Positions 19,578 to 28,616 of a DNA stretch of 51,525 nt are shown here, one piece after another. The position numbers were made by a program, and so were the translations under genes. This DNA comes from Candidatus Omnitrophota bacterium. Its GTDB lineage: Bacteria; Omnitrophota; Gorgyraeia; Zapsychrales; Fredricksoniimonadaceae. The stretch lies in assembly GCA_015228785.1 (NCBI GenBank), contig JADGCU010000006.1, positions 1 through 51,525 of the forward strand. The letters are read 5' to 3'. A model generated the notes under the pieces. The model was not told the origin of the DNA and made no database searches. It saw only the letters and a program-made list of their open reading frames with translations. Each line of letters opens with the position of its first letter. Within the stretch, counting starts at the first letter, position 1.

Positions 19578-20736
19578 AAAGGTACAGGTTATTACATTTA
19601 CTGCATACAGAAAGCGGGGCTTTCCTAATTTTCTTTCTGAAATTCTCATATGCAGAGGAATTCCAAATAGTCGCAAGGTCACTCTTCTTAAGGCTCCCCA
19701 AAATGAGATCCGGAAATTGAATACACGGAGTAACCTCTCCCGAAGGCAATACATCAAATCGAAGCCATTGTTTATAACAAAGCCGGTTTCGAATGGGTTT
19801 AGCGGGAGCATTCATGTATGGGTAAATATCTTCGGGCTCCTGCAAATAGGATGAAATTTGAATAGGCCATTTTTCGTCTCTAATTTTGTTCAGTTGCCTA
19901 ACAAACTCTTTCTGATCAATATCAACTGGGAATTGATATCCTTCCTGAGTCCTCGAATTCATTGAAAAGAAAGCCCTCATCTCTACTTTATAGGCAGCTG
20001 CCTGCTCGTCGCTCACAAACCAACGGGGGTTCAGAAGAACCCAATCCACACCAAGTCGAACCATATCTTTACAAAAATCATACATAATAGAAACGTTCTC
20101 TGGCTGAATAGTAAACTGAACACCGACATAAGGCGACTTTCTAAAAGACTTTAACAAGTGGATATTCTTAACCACCCTTTCATAAACACCGCCCCCCCTT
20201 AACCGATCATTTATTTCCTGATTCCCATCCAAAGAAAGAAGCCAGATAAGATAATGGTTATCTTCTATTGCCTTTTGATGTTTCTCTATAAGTAAACCAT
20301 TCGTGCATATAGTCGCGAATAAACGCTTCCTCTTTAAAAGTGCTGCCAAATCAGGAAAACGCTGGTAGAGTAACGGCTCGCCACCCGTAAGAATAAAAGA
20401 AGGGCGCTGTTTAGTATGTTCCTCAATAAGATTCTTAACAATATCCCAATCCAAATCTTCACTTGCCGTCGCCGCAGGAATATCTTTACACCACCCTTTC
20501 TCTCCCCACAGCATGCACACTTTACATTTTAAATTACATTTAAATGTCAGCATCAATTTATAAACAAGCGGCAATGGCACGCAACCATCCTGATCCGGAT
20601 TTCGCTCAACCCACTGATATCTTCTGGCAAAGGAAACCTTTTTCATTAAAAGGTGGCAAACATAAAGTGGATGACTACAAATTAATCTAAAGATTATTTT
20701 TAACCTATTCCAACTCATAAAGAATGATAATGCCAT
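19552..20736 (-). CDS. Radical SAM protein with SPASM/Twitch domain
   Basis: CNLKCKVC, TGGEPLL, CTNG, SLDG, CYKQW...GEVTPC and CSKC. Confidence 0.88.
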   Translation of the reverse strand: MALSFFMSWNRLKIIFRLICSHPLYVCHLLMKKVSFARRYQWVERNPDQDGCVPLPLVYKLMLTFKCNLKCKVCMLWGEKGWCKDIPAATASEDLDWDIVKNLIEEHTKQRPSFILTGGEPLLYQRFPDLAALLKRKRLFATICTNGLLIEKHQKAIEDNHYLIWLLSLDGNQEINDRLRGGGVYERVVKNIHLLKSFRKSPYVGVQFTIQPENVSIMYDFCKDMVRLGVDWVLLNPRWFVSDEQAAAYKVEMRAFFSMNSRTQEGYQFPVDIDQKEFVRQLNKIRDEKWPIQISSYLQEPEDIYPYMNAPAKPIRNRLCYKQWLRFDVLPSGEVTPCIQFPDLILGSLKKSDLATIWNSSAYENFRKKIRKAPLSVCSKCNNLYLYDAKRASL

Positions 20737-20777
20737 ACTTATAACCTTTAATTCCTAAAATACATTTGCAAAAATGA

Positions 20778-22154
20778 CTACCATATAATAATACTACTAC
20801 CAAATATCTTTTCCGAAGAAACCTGAGAAACAACAGACTTGAACTTCCGGAAATTTTCTCCCCTTATTTTCTCAACCGACTCATGAATAATCTCAATCTT
20901 CATCTTATTACCAACAAACTCTTTGATGTTCCGAATAAGAGCCAAATCCACTACAAGCCTGTCCCCAGCGTCACACGCCACTCGAACAACTAGCTGATCG
21001 ATCTGATCTTGGACAATTTGCCCTAAAAGGATACCTGGGGTCCTGTCGAGCGCCACATACAATGCTGTAATAGCTCGCTGATCCGGAGTTATCACCACGT
21101 CTGCTATCCGTCCTTCCAAAGACGCCACGATCGGAAAAGATCGTTTACACAGACATGCCACGGGTTTTAAATGGATCTTCGCCAAATCCCCGGTGCGATA
21201 ACGAATAAGCGGCATGCTAAAATTATAAAGCGACGTGCTCACAATTTCGGTCAAGACTTCATCAGCCCCAGTGCCTGAGTTCGTCGAAAACGGCTCAAAT
21301 TCCGTAACCCCATAATCCTGATGAACATGATAGTTCCCTTCCGAACATTGTGAAATCGCAACTGTCCTTTCCATATGACCGTACGCATCAAAAACTTTGC
21401 AGGAAAAAACTCTTTCGATCAATTCCCGTTGATGCCGCAGCAACGTTTCACCTTGAGAGAAAACCGCACGCAAACAAATTCCATGCCCTTTCCGTTCATT
21501 CAAGACCAACGCCAGCATGTATAAATTCGACGGAAGCCCTTTTAAAAATAACGGTTTAAATTTCCTGAAAATATTCACATAGACATCGGCATTTCTATGC
21601 GCGATCTGAAGACTATTAAGCAACAACCGACGAATCAGTGGTTGATACCTATAGAATTCTTTTCCTCTTGTTTCGTAAGGAGTAAAAACCTGGGCCGATA
21701 ATTCAGCAAATTTATCCCCAAGCCGATAGCCAGCCCAGCCCCACGATCTCCAATAATAAACAAATTCCAAGACATTCGAAACCCTATCAACAAGAAACTT
21801 AACCTGCCCCCCGGTCGTTCCGCTCGTCGCTAATTCCATGGGATCATATTGTTTCACGTTCCTAGCTATAAGCGAAGAATAATTGATCCGCAAAAGATCT
21901 TTCGTGAGACAAGGAATCTTCTCTAAATCTTTAATGGTTTTAATATCACCAGGAACCAGACCGTTCTTATGAAACAACGTCTGATAATAGGGAACATTCT
22001 GATAGGCATGAGCGATAATGATCTGAAGCCGCTTTAATTGATATTCCTGTAATATTTCCTGAGATAACCACTGATGTCTTTCAAATTCCCGCTTCAGCTT
22101 TAAGATCGCTCCAGGATAAGCAAAATCTTTAATCTTAAAATCTAGTCCCATCAT
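20778..22154 (-). CDS. Phenylacetate-CoA ligase / CapK-like adenylate-forming enzyme
   Basis: HAYQNVPYY, TSGTTG P-loop, YGHME, MPLIRYRTGD and EGR..D. Confidence 0.88.
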   Translation of the reverse strand: MMGLDFKIKDFAYPGAILKLKREFERHQWLSQEILQEYQLKRLQIIIAHAYQNVPYYQTLFHKNGLVPGDIKTIKDLEKIPCLTKDLLRINYSSLIARNVKQYDPMELATSGTTGGQVKFLVDRVSNVLEFVYYWRSWGWAGYRLGDKFAELSAQVFTPYETRGKEFYRYQPLIRRLLLNSLQIAHRNADVYVNIFRKFKPLFLKGLPSNLYMLALVLNERKGHGICLRAVFSQGETLLRHQRELIERVFSCKVFDAYGHMERTVAISQCSEGNYHVHQDYGVTEFEPFSTNSGTGADEVLTEIVSTSLYNFSMPLIRYRTGDLAKIHLKPVACLCKRSFPIVASLEGRIADVVITPDQRAITALYVALDRTPGILLGQIVQDQIDQLVVRVACDAGDRLVVDLALIRNIKEFVGNKMKIEIIHESVEKIRGENFRKFKSVVSQVSSEKIFGSSIIIW

Positions 22155-22168
22155 TCACCTTTAAGCGA

Positions 22169-23257
22169 TTAACGACAACACAGAGGATCTTCCCTGCAGA
22201 TGGCCTGATATATATCTTTGCCCTCCTCAACGCCTACCGAGAAAGCGAGACCGCGACAACCAACACACAAATCCCCGTTTGGACATCCAGAGCATTTTCC
22301 CTGAAGATGCTTTCCAATATCCCGAACAAGCTTAAAGAAAGGGGTATCCAAAATTTCACTGATACGCATATCCTTTATATTAAAATCTCTTATCATCACA
22401 TCAGCGCAAGGCTGAACATATCCCTGACAGGTAATATAAAGGCTATAAAAATGCTGTAAGCATCCATGCCCCGGCATCGGAGAATGGACCAACCAATCGT
22501 ATCCATATTTCTCACGATCCAGTTTCAAAAGACTTTCTTTCACCGCCATAACCTTATCTTTCTCAAGCCACAAGCTATTCTTCGCTGAAAGAGCATGGTT
22601 CCGCAAAATCAGCTCTTCGAGGTTAGGATACAAATTATTATCACGACAATATTTCCAAACATCGAGGATATCCTTATAATTCTTTGCCGTAAGAACAAAA
22701 GAAGCGCCACAACGCAACTGCCCGCCCTGTGTCTTATTAAAGCCAACTGAAAAAAGATTAGCCAAGCCTTGCCTGATCTTTCGGCCAACACCCTTTTGTT
22801 GAACCAAATAATCTTGTTTAGCTTCATCCAAAGAATCCATCTTAACGAGTACAGACGCATTATGATCGTTCAAAAACTGAGCCAATGCCAAATTTAACCG
22901 GGTGGCATTGGTGATCACAACCGGAATAAGCCCATTTTTATCAATATACCGAATCAACGAACGAAAATACGGGTACAAGGTTGGCTCACCTCCCCCAATA
23001 ACAACTATCGACCTGGCTCCCAAGTCCTTCACCTGGCTGATTACTTCTTTTAATGCGCCCAAGGAAATCTCATTAGCAAGTTTTTTACCCGTAACGCCAT
23101 TACAATAACGACATCGGAGATTACAAACAGCACTGGTTTCAATTCTGGTCGCCAAAAGCCTTTTAGCACTGCCAGCCTTGCGAGCCTCAGCTAAAGAATA
23201 GTTATAACCACGCAACATGGGAGGACTTATATATTTCACCTTACTAGAACCTTTCAA
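22169..23257 (-). CDS. Radical SAM protein with full SPASM domain
   Basis: CNLRCRYC, GGGEPTL, GC...G.VQPC and C-terminal CSGC.....CVGCR...DPLC. Confidence 0.88.
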   Translation of the reverse strand: MKGSSKVKYISPPMLRGYNYSLAEARKAGSAKRLLATRIETSAVCNLRCRYCNGVTGKKLANEISLGALKEVISQVKDLGARSIVVIGGGEPTLYPYFRSLIRYIDKNGLIPVVITNATRLNLALAQFLNDHNASVLVKMDSLDEAKQDYLVQQKGVGRKIRQGLANLFSVGFNKTQGGQLRCGASFVLTAKNYKDILDVWKYCRDNNLYPNLEELILRNHALSAKNSLWLEKDKVMAVKESLLKLDREKYGYDWLVHSPMPGHGCLQHFYSLYITCQGYVQPCADVMIRDFNIKDMRISEILDTPFFKLVRDIGKHLQGKCSGCPNGDLCVGCRGLAFSVGVEEGKDIYQAICREDPLCCR

Positions 23258-23351
23258 GTCGTTTTTAATAAATAAAATTTATTAAAATATAAATATTAAA
23301 TAATAGTTATTGTAGAACGAGTACCTTCTCCAAACAACAAAATTAACGTTT

Positions 23352-23388
23352 AAAAGAAAAAGGAGGCTTTTTGGGCCTCCCTTTTTTT
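23352..23388 (-). terminator. Rho-independent terminator after the pilin gene (possibly bidirectional)
   Basis: Minus strand GGAGGC-ccaaaaa-GCCTCC followed by TTTTTCTTTT. A T-tract also lies on the other side. Confidence 0.8.
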
Positions 23389-23415
23389 ATCACATAACCT
23401 TTCAATCTTAAAACC

Positions 23416-23799
23416 TTACGGTGTCAAAACACCCCCTGTTGTCATCGTATAGGTCGTTGTCCCTGAAGTACCAGATGGTGTTGCTGTATACGTGTACCCG
23501 GTAGCCGCCATAGTACAAGCATACGTATAACCAGAAACTGTATCTCCGCACGGCTCGCTATTGAGATACGGAGGCGTCGCATTAGTCAACGCGGCAATTG
23601 TGGCTGGATAATTACCGTTATTGGTAGTGGCATACGTTTCTGATGCTGTAGAAAGTGTCCGCAATGTGCCCTTCGCGACCGCATCATTGGCAGAGATCTT
23701 AGCCCTTAAGAGATTCGGGATCGCAATAGCAGCCAATAACGCAATAATGGCCACAACGATCATGATTTCAACAAGTGTAAAACCTTTTCTTGTAGACAT
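23416..23799 (-). CDS. pilA: Type IV major pilin with class III signal peptide
   Basis: MSTRKG/FTLVEIMIVVAIIALLAAIAIP (G|F cleavage, E5), one Cys pair, an AAGGAG SD, its own promoter and its own terminator. Confidence 0.9.
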   Translation of the reverse strand: MSTRKGFTLVEIMIVVAIIALLAAIAIPNLLRAKISANDAVAKGTLRTLSTASETYATTNNGNYPATIAALTNATPPYLNSEPCGDTVSGYTYACTMAATGYTYTATPSGTSGTTTYTMTTGGVLTP

Positions 23800-24050
23800 A
23801 ACTTCTCCTTGTGTTGTTGTATGAACGACTTATAGAGGGAGCCTGAAGAGAAGTGTTGTTAAGAAGATATGATAACAGCCTGGTTCCTCAGCTATACCCA
23901 AGTCAAAGCCGTTCGGTTAATAGGACAACCTTTATCACATCCTCCTTTCTTTCGAATCTCCTCTGGCCCCGATTCAGACAGATAAGGTAACTTAAATATA
24001 TTATACCTGTCAGCCCCGCATAATCCAGAGGGCATGAGCGATACACATCT
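23800..24050 (-). other. ~250-nt structured 5' leader of the pilin transcript (candidate cis-regulatory RNA)
   Basis: Lies between a near-consensus promoter and the pilin start. Stems pair 24025-24031 with 23960-23966 and 23932-23946 with 23861-23875. Confidence 0.45.
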
Positions 24051-24056
24051 AGTTAA

Positions 24057-24085
24057 AATATAACACTTAAAACAGGCCCTGTCAA
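24057..24085 (-). promoter_or_regulatory. Sigma70-type promoter for the pilin
   Basis: TTGACA-17 nt-TATATT, with TG at the extended -10 position. Confidence 0.75.
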
Positions 24086-24091
24086 AAAAAC

Positions 24092-25147
24092 TTACTCCCC
24101 AGAACGATACAGATCCTTCTCGACAATAGACTTCTTCTTATCAAGCCGGATCATCTCACGGCGCAAACGATCTAAATCAGAACGTAAGCGCATATTACGA
24201 ACCTTAGCCTCGTTATATTTGCTCTCTAGATCTTTAGAATTCACACTTCCCTCTTGTTCCGCTTTCTTAGACAGCACCACGGTCTTCTGTCTCAAAGAAG
24301 CCATATCTTTTTGAAGAGCCTTAACGCTTGCCTCCTGAACCGCAAGGTCTGCCTCGAGATCTGACAAAAACTGTGACGTGCTTCCCTGCGCCATAAAAGG
24401 AGATAACGCCGTATCCTGGCGGGACGCGGCATCTTTTAAGCTGGCGATCTCACGCTTCAACGCCACGATCTCCTGTTTAGTGGCTTCCCTTTTTTTATTA
24501 AGCTCCTGAGAACTGGGCTGGCTCACAGCCGCAATGCTGATCTGATGCCATTCTTCCTTAGCTTTTCCCAACCGCACTGAAGCGCCCTGTATCTCCTGAA
24601 GAAGTCTGTCCCTCTCAGAACGAAAAGCCCTCATCTCAGGCCGAATCTCCGAAACCTTGGGGCCACCATTCTTAAGATCAGCCACCTCCTCTTTGAGAGT
24701 CTCCATCTTACGACGGATAGCCTCTTCGTCCCCTGCCTGGCGATCAAGATCTTGCTGGATCTGAATTTTCTCTTGCTTAACACGCTCCAATTCCTCCTGA
24801 GCCCGGGCCAGCTGATCCTCCTGGCTTCGAGACGCACTTGGCCTCTTCGCCTTCTTTTCTTCTAGACTTTTCAGCTGAGCAGCCTTTTTAACACATTCCC
24901 CTTCAATTGACGCAAGCTCAACCTTCAGCATCTTGATCTTCCCACGCAACTCTTCACTGCCGCGCACAATCTCTTTATTGTCCTCAAGAAGCTTAATAAC
25001 ACTATCCTTAAGACTTTCTAGTGTCCGATCAAGCGAACTCTCTGCGTTCTCCAAATTCCCCGTCATATCAGCAGCAAAAGCTGGCGAGATCACGCCCAGA
25101 ACAGCACAGCATACCAAAACGGTCCAAACTCTTTCTCTCATACCCAC
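24092..25147 (-). CDS. Exported long coiled-coil protein of unknown function
   Basis: Signal peptide ending PAFA-A, then heptad-rich E/K/Q/L sequence over its whole length. Directly follows pilC. Confidence 0.7.
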   Translation of the reverse strand: MGMRERVWTVLVCCAVLGVISPAFAADMTGNLENAESSLDRTLESLKDSVIKLLEDNKEIVRGSEELRGKIKMLKVELASIEGECVKKAAQLKSLEEKKAKRPSASRSQEDQLARAQEELERVKQEKIQIQQDLDRQAGDEEAIRRKMETLKEEVADLKNGGPKVSEIRPEMRAFRSERDRLLQEIQGASVRLGKAKEEWHQISIAAVSQPSSQELNKKREATKQEIVALKREIASLKDAASRQDTALSPFMAQGSTSQFLSDLEADLAVQEASVKALQKDMASLRQKTVVLSKKAEQEGSVNSKDLESKYNEAKVRNMRLRSDLDRLRREMIRLDKKKSIVEKDLYRSGE

Positions 25148-25149
25148 TC

Positions 25150-26355
25150 CTACTGAAGAACCTGCGTGATATTAATAATCGGCAAAAATAATGCCATAAC
25201 GATAAAACCAACAACAATACCCAAAAATCCTATGATCAAAGGCTCGATCATACTCGTCAATCCCTCAACAGCAGAATCAACCTGATCGTCGTAGAACTCA
25301 CCGACCTTGGAGAGCATTTTATCAAGCTGCCCTGACTGTTCCCCTACGGCGATCATCCGGGTCACCATGGTTGGAAAAATACGGCTGCGCGACAAAGGCT
25401 CCGCGATACTTTCTCCTCCCCTGACGCTCTCAATCACATCTTTAATAATACTTTCCAAAACAAGATTGCCGATCGTACGCCGCACAATATCCAAAGACTC
25501 TAAAATCGGCACCCCGCTCTGAACCAGGACCGAAAGCGTACGGCAAAAACGACTAACCGAAACTTTACAAATAAGGTCTCCAAAGATCGGGACCGCAAGC
25601 TTCCACCGATCAATCTCATAAGCCCCTTTTTCATTGCGTTTCGCTAAAACAAATAGGCCAACCAAAGCTCCCATCCCCGCAATAAAGAAAAGAAAATTCT
25701 GCTGACAGGCATCGCTAAAATTAAGCAGTATCGCGGTCATAGGAGGCAACTCCCGACCAAACGAGCCATAAATCGTTTTAAAGGTTGGGACCACCTTCAC
25801 AAGCAGAATCGTGGTCACAATAAAAGCCATCGAAACAATAACAGCCGGATAAACCATGGCCATCGTGACCTTGCGCTTCAATTTAGCCGACTTCTCCGTG
25901 TACCCTGCCAGTCGTTCCAAAATCATGGTGAGAACTCCCCCCGTCTCACCCACCCGCAGCATATTGACGAACAGATTATCAAAGACCCTCGGATGTTTAG
26001 CAAAGGCAGCTGACAGCCCACTCCCTAAACGAATATCTTCCTTGATCGCCCCCAAAACTTTCTTGAAAGAAGGATTGGCCGCCTGCTCCTGAAGCGCCTC
26101 CATGGTCTGTAAAATCGGGATCCCCGCATCAATCATGGTCGCCATCTGTCGCGTAAACAGGATAACTTCCTCAACCTTGATCGCCTTGGCCCTCTCCCCC
26201 GTGGACGACAACGATGAGCGCTGCTCCTTGATCTCAAGAATAACCAGGCGACGCTTGCGCAACTCGTCTAAGACCGTTGCCTCATCACCGGCAACGATCT
26301 TGCCTGTAATCGTGCGAGCGTTCTGATCCTTAGCTGAATACTGATATGTCGGCAC
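25150..26355 (-). CDS. pilC: Type IV pilus / T2SS inner-membrane platform protein (PilC/GspF)
   Basis: FTRQMATMIDAGIPI, GETGG.L, AMVYP, F.RTLS.L..SGVPI, GEQSGQL and IEP. Confidence 0.93.
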   Translation of the reverse strand: MPTYQYSAKDQNARTITGKIVAGDEATVLDELRKRRLVILEIKEQRSSLSSTGERAKAIKVEEVILFTRQMATMIDAGIPILQTMEALQEQAANPSFKKVLGAIKEDIRLGSGLSAAFAKHPRVFDNLFVNMLRVGETGGVLTMILERLAGYTEKSAKLKRKVTMAMVYPAVIVSMAFIVTTILLVKVVPTFKTIYGSFGRELPPMTAILLNFSDACQQNFLFFIAGMGALVGLFVLAKRNEKGAYEIDRWKLAVPIFGDLICKVSVSRFCRTLSVLVQSGVPILESLDIVRRTIGNLVLESIIKDVIESVRGGESIAEPLSRSRIFPTMVTRMIAVGEQSGQLDKMLSKVGEFYDDQVDSAVEGLTSMIEPLIIGFLGIVVGFIVMALFLPIINITQVLQ

Positions 26356-26813
26356 TAGCGCTCCTCTTCTCCGTACAGTCGTTTCAAAACAGTCTCAATC
26401 TCAGACTTCGTCGAAATAAATGTCGCGATCTGACATTTTGTTAACCTCTCAACCTCCTGACGCACATGCTCATTAAGCGGATTAAGCATGACAACGCTCA
26501 AGATATTCCCAATCCGATCAAGAGGAATAAGACGATTTTTCCAGGCAACCTGAGAAGGAATTAACGCCTTCACCTGAGGATCAATCTGATGTTGACTCAC
26601 AGAAATATACGGCAGGTGACACTGAAGAACCAACGCGGTCACAATATCTATCTCACTCACATACCCCAGACTAATCAGGATCTCACCAATATATGAACCG
26701 GAATGCGTTGTCTTCTGAGCCTCAATGGCATGATCAAGCTGGGCCAAAGTGACAAGCCTGCGCTCGATCAAGATCTCCCCTATCAACCGTCTCTCCAGCT
26801 TCGATTCCAACAT
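26355..26813 (-). CDS. Stand-alone MshEN / T2SSE N-terminal domain protein
   Basis: Tandem motifs RRLIGEILIERRLVT..QL..A...Q and YIGEILISLGYVS..DI..AL..Q, followed by a T2SSE_N-like region (LIPL..., MLNPLN). Confidence 0.8.
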   Translation of the reverse strand: MLESKLERRLIGEILIERRLVTLAQLDHAIEAQKTTHSGSYIGEILISLGYVSEIDIVTALVLQCHLPYISVSQHQIDPQVKALIPSQVAWKNRLIPLDRIGNILSVVMLNPLNEHVRQEVERLTKCQIATFISTKSEIETVLKRLYGEEER

Positions 26814-26842
26814 CTTTTGGCCCTCCGCAAAAGAATAATACT

Positions 26843-26872
26843 ATTATATTAATAATTTTTGTCTTGAGTAAA
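26843..26872 (-). promoter_or_regulatory. Possible internal promoter upstream of MshEN-pilC
   Basis: TTTACT-18 nt-TATAAT in an AT-rich intergenic gap, with a GGAGG SD downstream. Confidence 0.4.
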
Positions 26873-26883
26873 GAAAACAAAAA

Positions 26884-28593
26884 TTATGCATTCGATGAAA
26901 TACGGAAAACCTCCTCCACCGTTGTCTGGCCCTGAACCAGACGATCAAGCACATCCTCCCACAATGTCTTCATCCCCTGACGCTCACAGGCATACGTCTT
27001 AATATCATCAGAGGACCGGCCCTCAATAAGCATTTCGCGAATCGTATCATCCATGACCAGGATCTCCGTCACACCAAAACGCCCCAAATACCCACTCTGA
27101 CGGCATCGGTCGCACCCTTTACCCGCATACAATTTCGTTTTAGATCCAATCTTCCCTTCAAACTTCTTAAGAACTTGTTCGGAAACTTCAACCTCTTGTT
27201 TACAATGCGGGCAAATCTTCCGACAAAGCCTCTGCGCGCAAACAAGAATAAGACTCGACGCCACCAAAAATGGCTCAACGTTCATATCAACCAAACGTGT
27301 GACCGCACCTGCCGCATCGTTAGTATGAAGGGTTGAGAACACAAGCTGCCCGGTCAACGACGCCTTGATCGCAATATCCGCCGTCTCATTATCCCGAATC
27401 TCACCCACCATGACAACATCGGGACTCTGTCGCAAGATCGATCGCAGCGCAGAGGCAAAAGTAAGGCCAATGTCACTGCGCGCCTCGATTTGCGTCAACC
27501 CCTCCATTAAATTCTCACCCGGATCCTCGACTGTCACGATATTCTTGTCTACCCTGTTAAGCTGATTGACAATCGAGTACAAGGTCGTTGACTTCCCGCT
27601 CCCCGTCGGCCCCGTCACAAGAACCATCCCAAAAGGCTTATCGATCGCCTCCTCTAAAAGCTCAACCGATCGCTCCGAGATCCCCAAGTGGGCCAACCCT
27701 ATCGAAAGATTGGCTCTATCGAGAACGCGCATAACAACCTTGGCCCCATAATAAGTCGGAAGAATAGAGACACGAAAATCAACCTCCTTACCTGAAAGAC
27801 GCAACTTAAATCGTCCATCCTGAGGAATCTGAGTGGTCGTAATATCTATCCGTGCCATAATTTTGATACGCACAATAACAGCATTCTGGTTCCCCTTGGG
27901 GATTTGAAGCACATCCAAAAGGACACCATCAACACGATACCTCACCCGCATATCGGTTTCCCCAGGCTCCATATGAATATCTGAGGCACGCTGACGAAGC
28001 GCTTCCTTGATCACAAGATTCACCATCCGAATAATGGGCGCTTCATTGCTATTCTCGACGGCCGCGGGATCATATTTCTCCATATCGGAAAGAACCTCAA
28101 AATCCCCGACATCAATATTTTTGCTGACCTCCGCCACAGTCCCCTGATTCGGGTCACCATAAAATTTATTCAAAGCCTCATCAATCTGCGCCCCAGAACT
28201 CATCACAATATCAATGCGCTTGCCGGTAATATCACGCAAATCATCGAGGGCAAATACATTTAAGGGGTCAGCGATCGCAACCGCAATGCTTTCGGACATC
28301 ATCGACACCGGAACCATTTTATATTTCCGGGCAAGTTTTTCCGGGACAACATCCTTAAGACGTTCATCAAGTTTAAACTTTGAAAGATCTATAGAAGGAA
28401 TCCGGAGTACCCGAACCAACAAAAGCATGAAATCTTTCTCAGCAATAAGCCCCTGACGAACAAGAGCCTCGCTAAAAGGGATTCCATGAGACTGCTGAAG
28501 CCATTTAGCCCCATCAATATCCTGAGGCGTAATACCCGGAAGCTGAAGAAGCGCTTCTATAATTTTCTCTCGAATAGTCTGCATAATCTTCAA
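26884..28593 (-). CDS. pilB: PilB/GspE-family assembly ATPase (paralog 2)
   Basis: ASDIH.EP, PQDGR, GPTGSGKSTT, LRQSPDVVMVGEIRD, STLHTN and Zn-binding CPHC/CDRC. Confidence 0.9.
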   Translation of the reverse strand: MKIMQTIREKIIEALLQLPGITPQDIDGAKWLQQSHGIPFSEALVRQGLIAEKDFMLLLVRVLRIPSIDLSKFKLDERLKDVVPEKLARKYKMVPVSMMSESIAVAIADPLNVFALDDLRDITGKRIDIVMSSGAQIDEALNKFYGDPNQGTVAEVSKNIDVGDFEVLSDMEKYDPAAVENSNEAPIIRMVNLVIKEALRQRASDIHMEPGETDMRVRYRVDGVLLDVLQIPKGNQNAVIVRIKIMARIDITTTQIPQDGRFKLRLSGKEVDFRVSILPTYYGAKVVMRVLDRANLSIGLAHLGISERSVELLEEAIDKPFGMVLVTGPTGSGKSTTLYSIVNQLNRVDKNIVTVEDPGENLMEGLTQIEARSDIGLTFASALRSILRQSPDVVMVGEIRDNETADIAIKASLTGQLVFSTLHTNDAAGAVTRLVDMNVEPFLVASSLILVCAQRLCRKICPHCKQEVEVSEQVLKKFEGKIGSKTKLYAGKGCDRCRQSGYLGRFGVTEILVMDDTIREMLIEGRSSDDIKTYACERQGMKTLWEDVLDRLVQGQTTVEEVFRISSNA

Positions 28594-28616
28594 TCACTAA
28601 TTGTTATAAACAACCG

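Noticed and set aside
19578-19811. Apparent 260-nt same-strand overlap between the GT28-like gene and a radical SAM gene
   Set aside because: An ATG at 19577 precedes the first family motif and leaves an ordinary 26-nt overlap.
23416-23781. Tyr-rich pilin as a conductive e-pilin
   Set aside because: Only 9 aromatic residues in 121 mature residues, with a long aromatic-free stretch after F1. No cytochrome genes are in the window.
23940-23970. c-di-GMP-I (GEMM) riboswitch suggested by a TTC-GAAA-GAA loop upstream of the pilin
   Set aside because: The flanking GGCAAA and GACGCAAA consensus elements are absent. Kept only as an unassigned structured leader.
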